Positions 34,163 to 43,622 of a stretch of 64,000 bases of DNA are shown here, in pieces. The stretch is from Patescibacteria group bacterium (GTDB lineage: Bacteria; Patescibacteriota; Minisyncoccia; Phycocordibacterales; Phycocordibacteraceae): positions 289 to 64,288 of the forward strand of contig JAGWYL010000002.1 in assembly GCA_018969385.1 (NCBI GenBank), in the 5' to 3' direction. A program made the translations under genes and the position numbers. The notes under the pieces are model-generated. The model saw nothing but the letters and a program-made list of their open reading frames with translations, ran no database searches and was not told the origin of the DNA. How positions within the stretch are numbered: position 1 is the first letter of the stretch; every line of letters begins with the position of its first letter.

Positions 34163-36991
34163 ATGCCCACCACTCCCGCATTCGAAGAAGCGTACGCGAA
34201 GCTCAACGCCAAGCAGAAGGAGGCCGTCGATACGGTCGAAGGGCCGGTGATGGTGCTCGCGGGTCCCGGCACGGGGAAGACGAGCATCCTCACGGTCCGC
34301 GTCGCGAACATACTCGCGAAGACGGGCGCGAAGCCGGACGAGCTCCTCGTGCTCACGTTCACCGATTCCGCCGCGCGCACGGTCGCCGCGCGGCTCGCGG
34401 GACTCATCGGCGAAGAGGTCGCGCGCAAGGTGAACGTGTACACGTTCCATAGCTTCGCGAACGAGGTCATCCGCACGCATCCTGAAGCGTTCCCGGAACA
34501 TGTCGACCGGCGCCAGATGAACGAGCTCGAACAGGTGCTCGTGTGGCGCGCCGTGCTCGAGAAGCACGGGGACCCGCTCCTCTCGACGCCGAAGTCGCCG
34601 TTCCACTACCTCAAGGACCTGAAGCAGCTTGAGGACGAGATGACGCGCGAATGCTTCTCGACGGACGCGTACCGCGCGTGGCTCGATGCGGAAGAGGAAC
34701 GCATCAAGGAGGACCCCGCTTCCCGGTACGCGAAAGGCGGGAAGGGCGGTGCCGCGGGAGAACTCAATCCGAAGGGTCGTGAGAGGCTCGCGCGGCTCGC
34801 GAAGGGACGTGCGGCCGCGAAGCTCATCGACGCGTACCGCGCGGAAAAGGACGCGCGCGGGCTCTACGGCTACACCGATGTCCTTCGCGTCGTCGTCGAC
34901 GCCATCGCTTCCGACGAGGCCTTGCGCGCGGAACTGCAGGAACAGTACCAGTACGTGCTCGCCGACGAGCACCAGGATGCGAACGCGCTGCAGCATGCGC
35001 TCGTCGACGCGCTCGCGTTCGACGACCATCCGAACCTCTTCATCGTGGGTGACGAGAAGCAGGCGATATTCGGTTTTCAGGGCGCGGACGTCTCGCACTT
35101 CGGGTCGTTCCTTGAGCGCTATCCGCGCACCGCGCGGATAGCGCTTTCCGAGAATTACCGTTCGTACCAGGAAGTGCTCGACGTGGCCGAAGGGCTCCTC
35201 GCGGAATTGCCGAGCGCAGTCGGCGCGCATGCGCCGCTTACGGCTACGCGCGGCGCGGGCGGCCGCATCCGCCTCCTCGCCGCACCCGACCCGCTCGCCG
35301 AGCGCGACCAGGTGGCGACGCTGGTGGAAGAGGCTATAGCCGAAGGCGTGCCGCCGCACGAGCTTGCGGTCATCACGCTCAAGAATAAGACCGCGGACCT
35401 TTTCGCATTGCACCTACGCGCGCGCGGGATTCCCGTGCTTCGCGCAGGCGATATCGACCTCGACGGGAGGCCCCTCGTACGCACGCTCTTCGCGCTCATG
35501 CGCGCGACGGGCGACCCGACCGACGCGAGCGCGCTTCGCGAAGCGCTCCTTGCGCCGTGGTGGAACGTGCCGCTCGCCGAGCGCGCCCGGTTCTTGCGCA
35601 CCACGAATGACCGGGAACTGGAAACGGTCCTTGAGGAAGCGTTCCCGGCTGTCGCGGGAATCATCGCCGCCTTGCGCGAGGAAGCGCTCGCCGTGCCGCC
35701 CGCGAACTTCTTCTCGCTCCTCCTCGCGCAGTCGGGAGCGCGCGACTACCTGCTTTCGCATGCCGATGCGCTTACTGAAGACGTACCTCTCGTACGGAAA
35801 GTCATGCAGTACGTGGAAGAGCTCGTGCGCCGCGCGCCGAGCGCGACGTTCGCGGAAGTGGTCGCCGAGTTCGAGCAGGCGCGCGAGCATGAGGTCGGCG
35901 CGCTAACCACGTCGCGCACGCGCGCGGAAGGCGCGGTAACGGTCATTACCGCGCACAAGGCGAAGGGCATGGAATTCGCGCGCGTGTTCGTGACCGCGCT
36001 TACGAAGAGCGAGTGGGAAGGGCGGGGGAAAAGCGCGCTCGTGCCGTCGCCCTTCGACGGCAAGCGCGAGCACGACGAGCTCATCCGCCTGTTCTATGTG
36101 GCGACGACGCGCGCGAAAGACGCGCTCGTGCTCTCCTATGCCGCGGAGAACGGCGACGGGAAAGAGCAGCCGCCGTTCTCTCTCATGCCGGCCGGGCTCG
36201 AGACCCTCTCTGTCCCGTCCGATCCGCTTCCGAAGCTCTTCACGGTCGTCGAGCCGACCGCGCTCCTACGCGAACTCACGGAGCGTTACCTCGTGCATGA
36301 CGGCCTTTCGCCCTCGGCGTACAACGAATATCTCGAGAGTCCGCCCGCCTTCTTCGCGAAGCGCGTGCTGCGCCTTTCCGAGCCTGAGACGCGCGCCATC
36401 GCGGCGGGGAATGCGGTGCACGCGGCGCTCGCGCGATTCCTCAAGACGCGGGATGCGGACGAGGCGCACGCCGAACTCGCCCGCGCGTTCCGCCAATCGC
36501 TCCTGCCGCGCGGCGATACGTTCGATGCGCTCGTCCGTCACGGGTCGGCGCTCCTTCGCGCGGCGCTTGCCGACCCGTTCTTCGCAGGGGAGGCGCTCGC
36601 TATCGAGGAAACGTTCAAGGCGAAACGCGTCGTACGCGGCACGGAGGTGGCGCTCAAGGGGAAGATAGACGCGCTCATGCGGACGGATGAAGGCCTCTGC
36701 ATCGTGGATTTCAAGACGTCGAGCTCGATAGAGAAGGAAGAGAAGGAGCGGTTCGCGCGGCAGATAGCCTTCTATGACCTCTTGCTGCGCGCGAACGGAC
36801 ACGAACCGGTCTCCGGGCGCATCGTGCGCCTTTCCGAGGAAGGCATCGAAGAGCACCGCGTGCTGCTCGCGAAGGAGATGCGCACGGAGCTCGAAGCGAC
36901 GCTCGATGCCGTGCTCGAAGAGCTCCTTACGGGCCGGTGGCGCGCGGGCGCTCCTTCCGACTACGACGCGCTCTTTCGCCTCTTGGCGTGA
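34163..36991 (+). CDS. UvrD/PcrA-family helicase fused to a C-terminal PD-(D/E)xK nuclease
   Basis: LAGPGTGKT, LTFT, ADEHQD, VGDEKQAIF, ENYRS, TAHKAKGMEF, YVATTRA; GKIDAL..IVDFKT. Confidence 0.92.
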   Translation: MPTTPAFEEAYAKLNAKQKEAVDTVEGPVMVLAGPGTGKTSILTVRVANILAKTGAKPDELLVLTFTDSAARTVAARLAGLIGEEVARKVNVYTFHSFANEVIRTHPEAFPEHVDRRQMNELEQVLVWRAVLEKHGDPLLSTPKSPFHYLKDLKQLEDEMTRECFSTDAYRAWLDAEEERIKEDPASRYAKGGKGGAAGELNPKGRERLARLAKGRAAAKLIDAYRAEKDARGLYGYTDVLRVVVDAIASDEALRAELQEQYQYVLADEHQDANALQHALVDALAFDDHPNLFIVGDEKQAIFGFQGADVSHFGSFLERYPRTARIALSENYRSYQEVLDVAEGLLAELPSAVGAHAPLTATRGAGGRIRLLAAPDPLAERDQVATLVEEAIAEGVPPHELAVITLKNKTADLFALHLRARGIPVLRAGDIDLDGRPLVRTLFALMRATGDPTDASALREALLAPWWNVPLAERARFLRTTNDRELETVLEEAFPAVAGIIAALREEALAVPPANFFSLLLAQSGARDYLLSHADALTEDVPLVRKVMQYVEELVRRAPSATFAEVVAEFEQAREHEVGALTTSRTRAEGAVTVITAHKAKGMEFARVFVTALTKSEWEGRGKSALVPSPFDGKREHDELIRLFYVATTRAKDALVLSYAAENGDGKEQPPFSLMPAGLETLSVPSDPLPKLFTVVEPTALLRELTERYLVHDGLSPSAYNEYLESPPAFFAKRVLRLSEPETRAIAAGNAVHAALARFLKTRDADEAHAELARAFRQSLLPRGDTFDALVRHGSALLRAALADPFFAGEALAIEETFKAKRVVRGTEVALKGKIDALMRTDEGLCIVDFKTSSSIEKEEKERFARQIAFYDLLLRANGHEPVSGRIVRLSEEGIEEHRVLLAKEMRTELEATLDAVLEELLTGRWRAGAPSDYDALFRLLA

Positions 36992-37007
36992 CCACTTTCC
37001 ATGCGCG

Positions 37008-37688
37008 CTATTTCGTCGACTGGATGGCGTTATCGACGAGCGTCTTCAGCTGGTCGAGGGGAAGCGCGCCCGGAATCGCGACGGGCGTATGGCCTTTGAC
37101 GAGGAGGACGCTGAAGGGCGTGCCTTGCGCACCCGCGGAAAGCGCATCCTGCCGCTCGCCGGCCACGAGCGTCGCGGTGTCGCCCTGGCTCATGCAGGCA
37201 TCGAATTGCGAGGAGTCGACGCCGACCTTCGCGAGGAGCGCGGGATACGCGCTCGGGTTCGTGGGCTGTCCGCCGAAGAGAAGGTCGCCGAATTTCCAGA
37301 AGGCGTCGCTGCCGCCGACGCGCGCGACGCACTCGGCGGCTTCGGCGTGCTTCGCCGCATTCGGGTGGAGTTCCGTGAGCGGGAACTCGCGCATCACCCA
37401 CGCCACGTCCCCGTTCGTCCCGTAGGACGCCATGAGTTGGTGCAGGGTGTCATGGAATTGCTTGCAGAACGGGCAGTCAAAATCGGAATACTCGATAATG
37501 ACGACGGGAGCGGCGGGATTCCCGAGGATATGGTCCGCCGAAGTGACCGGAGGTATGAGGCTCAAGTCCGCCGTCGGCGAAACCGTGGAGGGTTCCTGGC
37601 CGGCCTGCATGCGCAGGTGGATGTACACGCCGCCTGCGATGAGTATGCCCGCAACCGCTATCGCGCCCGGAATGATGAAGTCTCGCAT
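37008..37688 (-). CDS. DsbA/thioredoxin-family protein, membrane anchored
   Basis: N-terminal TM, EYSDFDCPFC, GTP cis-Pro loop. Confidence 0.92.
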   Translation of the reverse strand: MRDFIIPGAIAVAGILIAGGVYIHLRMQAGQEPSTVSPTADLSLIPPVTSADHILGNPAAPVVIIEYSDFDCPFCKQFHDTLHQLMASYGTNGDVAWVMREFPLTELHPNAAKHAEAAECVARVGGSDAFWKFGDLLFGGQPTNPSAYPALLAKVGVDSSQFDACMSQGDTATLVAGERQDALSAGAQGTPFSVLLVKGHTPVAIPGALPLDQLKTLVDNAIQSTK

Positions 37689-37717
37689 AGGATTCCAGTA
37701 TACCGCGCGTTGTACCG

Positions 37718-38296
37718 CTAGAGCGGCAGGGTGTGCGTCAGCGCGGTCTGCCCGCCGCGCTTCTTCCAGGAACCGACCTCGAGCTTGATATCGCGGACTT
37801 CGGAGAGGTCCTTGTAGCGGAGCTTCTTGTTCTCGCGCGCGTAGTCATACAGTTCTTTCGTGATGCGCACGTCCTCGATGCAGTACTCGCGCACCTTGTC
37901 GACGAGCCCTTCCTTCCACCACTCCACGGATTCGAGCCCGCTGCCTTTCTTGCTCTTGCCGAGCGTCGCTTCCGCGAGCGACTGCAAGCGGATGCGCCGG
38001 CCGAGCACCTTCTGTACCTCGACGAGCAGGTCGAGGCTCGGTATCTTCGTCAGGTCGCCCGGATAGTAGCGGTCGAGGAGCGGAATATCGAACGTGTCGG
38101 AATTGAAGCCGACGAGAAGTTCCGCGCGCTCGAGGATGGGCCAGAGCGCGGGAAGCTCTTCCTTCACGTAGGACGTGTACGCGTCGGTTTCGGAATCGTA
38201 GATGGCGACGAGCGCGAGTTCGAGCCGTCCGATGTCCGAACGGGCGAGAGTAGGGAATGTGTTCGCGGTCTCGATGTCAAAAACGATGGTTCGCAT
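37718..38296 (-). CDS. RNase H-like (DEDD, YprB-like) exonuclease domain protein
   Basis: VFDIET, GFNSDTFDIP, YCIEDV. Confidence 0.85.
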   Translation of the reverse strand: MRTIVFDIETANTFPTLARSDIGRLELALVAIYDSETDAYTSYVKEELPALWPILERAELLVGFNSDTFDIPLLDRYYPGDLTKIPSLDLLVEVQKVLGRRIRLQSLAEATLGKSKKGSGLESVEWWKEGLVDKVREYCIEDVRITKELYDYARENKKLRYKDLSEVRDIKLEVGSWKKRGGQTALTHTLPL

Positions 38297-38302
38297 GGAA
38301 AT

Positions 38303-38333
38303 AGCTTACAGGTTACAGCTGCGCTGACAGCAG
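38303..38333. repeat. Family-C heptamer array
   Basis: agcttac aggttac agctgc gctgac agcag. Confidence 0.55.
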
Positions 38334-38338
38334 ATACG

Positions 38339-39592
38339 TCAGGAAAGAATGCGGGAAGCGACGTCGTCGACCGGAAGGGACTCTTCCGCGCCCGTAAAGA
38401 GCGTTTTCAGCTTGAGCATGCCGCTCTTCGCTTCTTCGCTCCCGACCGCGGCGAAGTACGGGATGCCGCGCTTCACCGCATCCTTGATCTGGTCGCTAAG
38501 CGACTTGTCCGTGAGGTTCACGAAGACGCGGACGCCCTGCTCGCGAAGCGCGCGCGCGAAATCCTGCGCGGCCGTGCGGTCCGCCGTCGGCGTGCCGAGG
38601 TAGAGGTCGGCTTGCGCGCCGGCGAATCCGGGCAGGAGGCCATGCGTCTCCAGGAAGTCGATGAAGGTGACGTCGCCGAACGCGAAGCCGACCGCGGGGA
38701 TGGGGTCTCCGCCGAAGAGCGCGACCAGGCCGTCATAGCGCCCGCCGCCGAAAAGCGCGCGCGGATTCTTGATGTCGGTATCGAACACCTCGAAGATGAC
38801 GCCGGTGTAGTAGTCGAAGCCGCGCACGATGCCCGGGTCGTATACCGCATTGCCGACGCCGCCCGCGGCGAGCGCATCGATGAGGGCGTCGAGCTTCCGC
38901 TTTTCCTCCGCCACCGCCGGCTCGGTCCCGTCCTCGACTATCTTGAGCGGGTCGCCCGGCATGCTTCGCCGCGCTTCCTCGAACGCCTCGGGCGTCATCT
39001 TCGATCGCTTGTCGAGAAGCTGCCAGTACACCCGCAGGCTCTCGTCGTCGAGCCCGGCCGCCTTCGAGGCGGCGGCAAGGAGCTTGCGCGAGTTTATCCG
39101 GATGATGAAATCCGTCTCCTTCGCGCCGAAGGTCTTCAGGATAGCCGATGCGAGCGACACTATCTCGATGTCGGCATCGCCCTCCGGAAGGCCGACGAGG
39201 TCTATGTCCGTCTGGAAGAATTCGCGAAGCCGTCCGCGCTGCGGACGCTCGTAGCGGAAACGGTTGCCGATGTTGTACCACCGGAGCGGGAAGGGAAGCT
39301 CGCGCCGCTTCGCGGACACCATCCGCGCCAAGGTCGGGGTCATCTCAGGGCGGAGCGTGACGCGGCGGTCTCCCCGGTCCGTGAACGTGTAGGTCTGCTC
39401 GTTGATGATTTCCTCGTTTCCCTTGCTCTCATAGAGTTCCGAACGCTCCAAGGGCGAAGCGTTGTACTCCTCGTAGCCGTACGATTCGAGGAGGCCGCGC
39501 ACCTTCTTGAAGACGCCCGCAAGCCGCCGCCAGTCCGCGGGATAGAAGTCGCGCACGCCCTTATACGGTTCGGTAGACGGAGTATCGGCCAT
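38339..39592 (-). CDS. hisS: Histidine--tRNA ligase
   Basis: KGVRDFYP, LRPEMT, FRYERPQRGRLREFFQ, RGFDYYTG, GGGRYD; TAAAAT -10 box 7 nt before ATG 39592. Confidence 0.96.
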   Translation of the reverse strand: MADTPSTEPYKGVRDFYPADWRRLAGVFKKVRGLLESYGYEEYNASPLERSELYESKGNEEIINEQTYTFTDRGDRRVTLRPEMTPTLARMVSAKRRELPFPLRWYNIGNRFRYERPQRGRLREFFQTDIDLVGLPEGDADIEIVSLASAILKTFGAKETDFIIRINSRKLLAAASKAAGLDDESLRVYWQLLDKRSKMTPEAFEEARRSMPGDPLKIVEDGTEPAVAEEKRKLDALIDALAAGGVGNAVYDPGIVRGFDYYTGVIFEVFDTDIKNPRALFGGGRYDGLVALFGGDPIPAVGFAFGDVTFIDFLETHGLLPGFAGAQADLYLGTPTADRTAAQDFARALREQGVRVFVNLTDKSLSDQIKDAVKRGIPYFAAVGSEEAKSGMLKLKTLFTGAEESLPVDDVASRILS

Positions 39593-39766
39593 CAGGCCGA
39601 TTTTATCATGAGTTCCGCTATGAAAAGAGCGCGTGGCCATCCTGTGGTACGCCGCCCCGCCTCCGCCGTCGCGGAATCATAGTCGCCTCACCGTGCCGCC
39701 GAACGGAATACTTTGCTGAAGACAGTCTCACGTTCCATTCGGCGCTCTCTGTAAAACCAGGCGAAG

Positions 39767-40351
39767 CTACACCCCGCCGGTCGCGTTCGGATTCAGCTTC
39801 TGCACGCGCGCCACTTCCTGGAGGATGACGTCGCGGAGCGCTTTCGGGTTCGGCACGCCGCGCATATGGAAGCGTTCGATGGTGCCCGCGGTCTGGACGT
39901 GGATGTTCCCGAAATCGATGAGGGTCGCCAGCACGCCGTTCACGTCCGTCGTCACGTCCTGTACGCGGTCAAGCAGGAGCGAGGAAACCTCGCGCCGGAA
40001 GAAGCCGTGCTGGTCGATGTCGACGATGCGCTCGTTCGTGATGAGCCACGCCTTGAGGAAGTAGTTCGTGAAGAGGTTGAACGCGGCAAGCCAGACGAAA
40101 AGCCACCAGGTGCCTACCATGAGCCGCATGAGCGGCGAACCGAAGAGTCCCGCGCGCGCGAAATCGACGAGCGGCGCGTAGAGCGGCGCGCCCGCGGGCG
40201 TGTTCGCCATGAGGAACTTCGCGAGCGGCACGAGCAGGAACGGGAGCGCGGCGAGGATGAGGAACGGGATGAATTGCAGGACGAAGACGAACCAGTGCTT
40301 GCGCACCAGCCGCAGTATCTTCTCTCCCGGCTCAAGTTCGAAGTCTTCCAT
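39767..40351 (-). CDS. Membrane protein with a bacterial PH (bPH_2) domain
   Basis: RKHW, two TM, ITNERIVDIDQHGFF..RVQDV..FGNIHVQTAG. Confidence 0.85.
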   Translation of the reverse strand: MEDFELEPGEKILRLVRKHWFVFVLQFIPFLILAALPFLLVPLAKFLMANTPAGAPLYAPLVDFARAGLFGSPLMRLMVGTWWLFVWLAAFNLFTNYFLKAWLITNERIVDIDQHGFFRREVSSLLLDRVQDVTTDVNGVLATLIDFGNIHVQTAGTIERFHMRGVPNPKALRDVILQEVARVQKLNPNATGGV

Positions 40352-40354
40352 GCG

Positions 40355-40597
40355 CTAATGCAGGAGCGCGCCCGCGCCCGCGAGTATGAGCAGGAAGCTC
40401 GAGACGAAGAGGTGGGCGACGATAGCCGGGATGATGACGATGGAATGCCGGCTGTAGCGGAACCAGTGGTAGAAATTTATGAGCGTATAGAGCACCCAGA
40501 GGAACAACACGGCGAGGAGCACGTAGCCGGAAATCACCGCTACGCTCGGAAGCGCGAACGAGAGCGCGGGTCCCGCAAACGGTTGGACGGGCTGCAT
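40355..40597 (-). CDS. Small two-TM membrane protein
   Basis: Two hydrophobic helices around YHWFRYS; tight operonic spacing. Confidence 0.7.
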   Translation of the reverse strand: MQPVQPFAGPALSFALPSVAVISGYVLLAVLFLWVLYTLINFYHWFRYSRHSIVIIPAIVAHLFVSSFLLILAGAGALLH

Positions 40598-40599
40598 GC

Positions 40600-41337
40600 T
40601 TAAAAATATGACACGACCAGGCGCTTGCGGCCATACGGGTCGGTGCGCAACTCGCTTCGTTTCGCTCCGCTCCGACGGGCGAGCGTAAGCGCCTGATCCG
40701 CGTTCGATTCATCGCACTCGAGCCAAAGCTCGCCGCCTTCATTCATGTGCGTCGCAGCGTCCGCGCATATCCGACGGATGAGGTCGAGCCCATCCGTGCC
40801 GGAGAAGAGCGCCCCGTTCGGCTCGTAGTCCGTAACGTTCGCGTCGAGGGTGCGGCCCGCGGGGACGTATGGCGGGTTCGCGGCGATGATGTCGAACCGC
40901 TCGTCCTTAAACGGCGCGAAGAGGTCGCCGATGCCGATGGATGCGCGCGAAGCGTCGAGTCCGTTCTCGCGGATGTTTTTCCGGATGGTGTCCTCGTGCG
41001 CAGGGTCGAGTTCGCCGAAACGGACTTTCGCATGGGGAAGACGCGCGAGCGCGGCGCAGCCGATGGCGCCCGAACCCGCGCACAGGTCGAGAAAAGAAAG
41101 AGGAGTGTCTGTACGCTGTACGCTGTCAGCTGTAAGCTCTTCTGCCCACCATTCCGTTTCGGGGCGGGGGATAAGCGGCCGTGAGTCGAGGTGGATGCGA
41201 AGTCCGAGGAACGGCTGCCACCCGATGACATAGGCAAGCGGCTCGCCGCGGGCGAGCCGCTTGCGATCGGCGTCGAATGCATCGCATTCGACGCCGCCGT
41301 ATTTCTCGTTCACCAGCCACCGCTCGTCCTTCTCCAT
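40600..41337 (-). CDS. prmC: Release factor glutamine methyltransferase (HemK/PrmC)
   Basis: GEPLAYVIG, LIPRPETE, LDLCAGSGAIG, ANPPY. Confidence 0.93.
   Translation of the reverse strand: MEKDERWLVNEKYGGVECDAFDADRKRLARGEPLAYVIGWQPFLGLRIHLDSRPLIPRPETEWWAEELTADSVQRTDTPLSFLDLCAGSGAIGCAALARLPHAKVRFGELDPAHEDTIRKNIRENGLDASRASIGIGDLFAPFKDERFDIIAANPPYVPAGRTLDANVTDYEPNGALFSGTDGLDLIRRICADAATHMNEGGELWLECDESNADQALTLARRSGAKRSELRTDPYGRKRLVVSYF
41111..41138 (-). repeat. Four family-C heptamers inside the prmC coding sequence
   Basis: Minus strand agcttac agctgac agcgtac agcgtac, within ELTADSVQRT. Confidence 0.75.
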
Positions 41338-41420
41338 GCGCGTACGCTACCACGGCGCGCGCGATGCGGATTCTCGACACTCTGTATTTTGCGTGGTATA
41401 ATACACAGGAAAGTACGCCA

Positions 41421-41528
41421 GGACTCGTTTCAAGGCGTACGGCGAGCGACAGGTGTGCGATTCGGAAGCCTTGTATGGGCTCGCTTCCGCATCGCATGCC
41501 TGGAGCAAGCCGTTCTTGAGACGAGTCC
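41421..41528. repeat. Family-A palindromic element (divergent)
   Basis: Ends ggactcgtttcaag/cttgagacgagtcc; inner tgcgattcggaagc...gcttccgcatcgca. Confidence 0.8.
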
Positions 41529-41580
41529 AAGAAAATATGGGTAATGCGTGGGGCTCATCCGGAAAAACTGGAGGGTTCCC

Positions 41581-42225
41581 ATGATGCAGACATTCACGAA
41601 TGACAACAAGCCGGACCGCCCGCTTGCATCGAGCAGGCTCGGCAGCCCCGAACGCGCATCCGAGTTCATCGGGCTCCTCTTGCGCGGGTATTCGTATTCG
41701 CAGATAGCGAAGCGTATGCCGGACGTGCTGCCGACTATCGGTACGGTCGCAGCGCTCTGTCGCGACCACAAGGACGAGATAGAGCATGCGAAGAAAGCCT
41801 ATGTCGCGCAGTACGGCATGCCGGCGAAAGAGGGACGGAGCTGCAGCTTCAAAGCGGGAACCGCGCGCTTTGTTACCGACTCGCACTGGTATCTCGGTGA
41901 CGAGACCGACGTGTCGTCGCTCTCACGTGCACCCGAACCGGGTCCGGAACTTCCGCCGAGGGATGCGTTGCCAAAGATGCTCGCCGAACTCATCGACGCC
42001 TGCGGTCCGAATGGCAACGTGTACGAACATGCTGCGCGAGGTCTCAAGGTCCTGAAGGGCGGACGTAATGATATGGACGCGGAAGCGATCAGGCGGTACG
42101 TCGCAACGTCAGGCGGACTTGAACGGCTCCTCGTTGCTCACGGATGTTCGGCTGTACGGGCGGTGGGAATCGGCAAGCACATGCGACAGTTGCTGCATGG
42201 CTCGCCGCCACCGCGCGACCGGTGA
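41581..42225 (+). CDS. Hypothetical protein with a probable N-terminal helix-turn-helix
   Basis: SD ggagg; LLRGYSYSQIAKRM..TIGTVAALC resembles an HTH; own terminator. Confidence 0.55.
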   Translation: MMQTFTNDNKPDRPLASSRLGSPERASEFIGLLLRGYSYSQIAKRMPDVLPTIGTVAALCRDHKDEIEHAKKAYVAQYGMPAKEGRSCSFKAGTARFVTDSHWYLGDETDVSSLSRAPEPGPELPPRDALPKMLAELIDACGPNGNVYEHAARGLKVLKGGRNDMDAEAIRRYVATSGGLERLLVAHGCSAVRAVGIGKHMRQLLHGSPPPRDR

Positions 42226-42249
42226 CGGACATGCTTGAGAATCGTCTCA

Positions 42250-42290
42250 ATGGGCGGCATCACTGGTGATGCCGCCCATCTCTCTTTTTA
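42250..42290 (+). terminator. Intrinsic terminator
   Basis: atgggcggcatcac-tg-gtgatgccgcccat then ctctcttttt. Confidence 0.7.
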
Positions 42291-42312
42291 TGCGTGCATG
42301 AGAATGGATACA

Positions 42313-42351
42313 GAGAAACCGCCGCGCCCCGTAGGGGCGCGGCGGTTTCTC
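42313..42351 (-). terminator. Perfect hairpin, likely terminator of the RRM gene
   Basis: gagaaaccgccgcgcccc-gta-ggggcgcggcggtttctc. Confidence 0.65.
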
Positions 42352-42464
42352 CAAACGGAGCGAGGGATCAGTATCCGCCGCGGCCGTAAGCTTTGCTTGC
42401 AAGCTTTCTAGCTACACTCGCCTCGGATAAGCGCATGGTATGCGCTTATCGCTCGGCTCGCTTG

Positions 42465-42803
42465 CTAGTAGCCGCCGCGGCCGTAGCCGCCGCCGAAACC
42501 TCCGCGATCACCGCCGCCGCTTCGTTCGCGGCGCTCACCCTGCGGGCGAGCGAGCGAGACCGAAAGCGTGCGGCCGTCGAACTCCTTGCCGTCCCAGCGC
42601 TCGATTGCCGCCTGGGCCTCCGCTTCGGAAGACATCTCGACGAAGCCGAAGCCGCGCGAACGGCCCGTCATGCGGTCGCTGATAATGCTCACCGACGTCA
42701 CCGTGCCGGCCTCCTCAAAGGCCTTGCGGATATCATCTTCGGTCGAGCGATAAGGGATGCCGCCCACGTAGAGCTTGGCTCCCGAAACACCTGCATTGTC
42801 CAT
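42465..42803 (-). CDS. RRM-domain RNA-binding protein with a Gly-rich tail
   Basis: RNP2 KLYVGGI, RNP1 RGFGFVEM, GGGYGRGGY tail. Confidence 0.95.
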   Translation of the reverse strand: MDNAGVSGAKLYVGGIPYRSTEDDIRKAFEEAGTVTSVSIISDRMTGRSRGFGFVEMSSEAEAQAAIERWDGKEFDGRTLSVSLARPQGERRERSGGGDRGGFGGGYGRGGY

Positions 42804-42983
42804 GCTGTTCTCGATGACTTGAATAACCCTCGCCGATGCCGAACACTACGGGTCTTCTGGGACGCACGGAGTTTCTTCACAACCTGCGAGTAACATAACC
42901 ATACTACCGATTACCGGGTATGACAAGGGCGCTGTGGATTACGCTCGCGCACGTCCGTGCGCGACGAAATGGCAGGGCGGGCT

Positions 42984-43067
42984 CTAGCCGAAGAGGGCGG
43001 GCAGGAGCACCGCAATCATGCCGATGATGAGCAGTACCGTTATGGCTATGGCGACCGCACGTTTCAT
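42984..43067 (-). CDS. 27-aa single-TM small protein (below the ORF track cutoff)
   Basis: MKRAVAIAITVLLIIGMIAVLLPALFG; TG-extended TATACA box 7 nt before the ATG. Confidence 0.55.
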   Translation of the reverse strand: MKRAVAIAITVLLIIGMIAVLLPALFG

Positions 43068-43137
43068 TGCTTCTTGTATAGCACACGTGCGCAGCCGTGG
43101 AAACGGCCGCGCACGAAAGCCGAGCCCGTACGCGCTA

Positions 43138-43575
43138 TTATCCGCCCGCAGCCGGCATCATCGGCGCATTCGCGCCCGCCGGACGTATCTGGATGAGCGT
43201 CGCGGTGATGCTCCCGTCGCTGTTCGTCGTGCCGCTTACTATGACGTCGCTCCCTGCCGAAAGGTCTGAAAGAGAACCCGTGACGCTCTTCGCGACCGTG
43301 GTCGAGGGGCTCATAAGCACGACGTGCGAGTTCCCGTCACGCGTATTTACCGTGATGGAGGTCGCGCTCGCCTGCGCGACGGTGCCGCTCACGAATCCGC
43401 CGCCCGCCTGCGCGCCCGCGCCGCCGCGCGTGAACATGACGCCGCCCGCGCCGCCTTGCGAGAGATTTCTTCCGAACGAAGGGGTCGGCTTCGCGAATGC
43501 GGTCGCTCCCCAATAGCCCGCGCCGAGCCCCACGATGAGGGCGACGACTCCCGTGATGATGCTGTGCTTAGTCAT
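43138..43575 (-). CDS. Membrane-anchored OB-fold (DUF5666-like) protein associated with the ABC exporter
   Basis: N-terminal TM, Gly-rich linker, SGTV..DLSAGSDVIVSGTTNSDGSITATLIQI. Confidence 0.7.
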   Translation of the reverse strand: MTKHSIITGVVALIVGLGAGYWGATAFAKPTPSFGRNLSQGGAGGVMFTRGGAGAQAGGGFVSGTVAQASATSITVNTRDGNSHVVLMSPSTTVAKSVTGSLSDLSAGSDVIVSGTTNSDGSITATLIQIRPAGANAPMMPAAGG

Positions 43576-43622
43576 GTGACGTGAAAGATGAGTATGTAGG
43601 TAGTACGCGTCCGCGCGCTTTT

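Noticed and set aside
34163-36991. Helicase-nuclease fusion as a novel defence system
   Set aside because: The UvrD plus PD-(D/E)xK architecture is a common repair enzyme, and here it has core-like codon usage and no defence partners.
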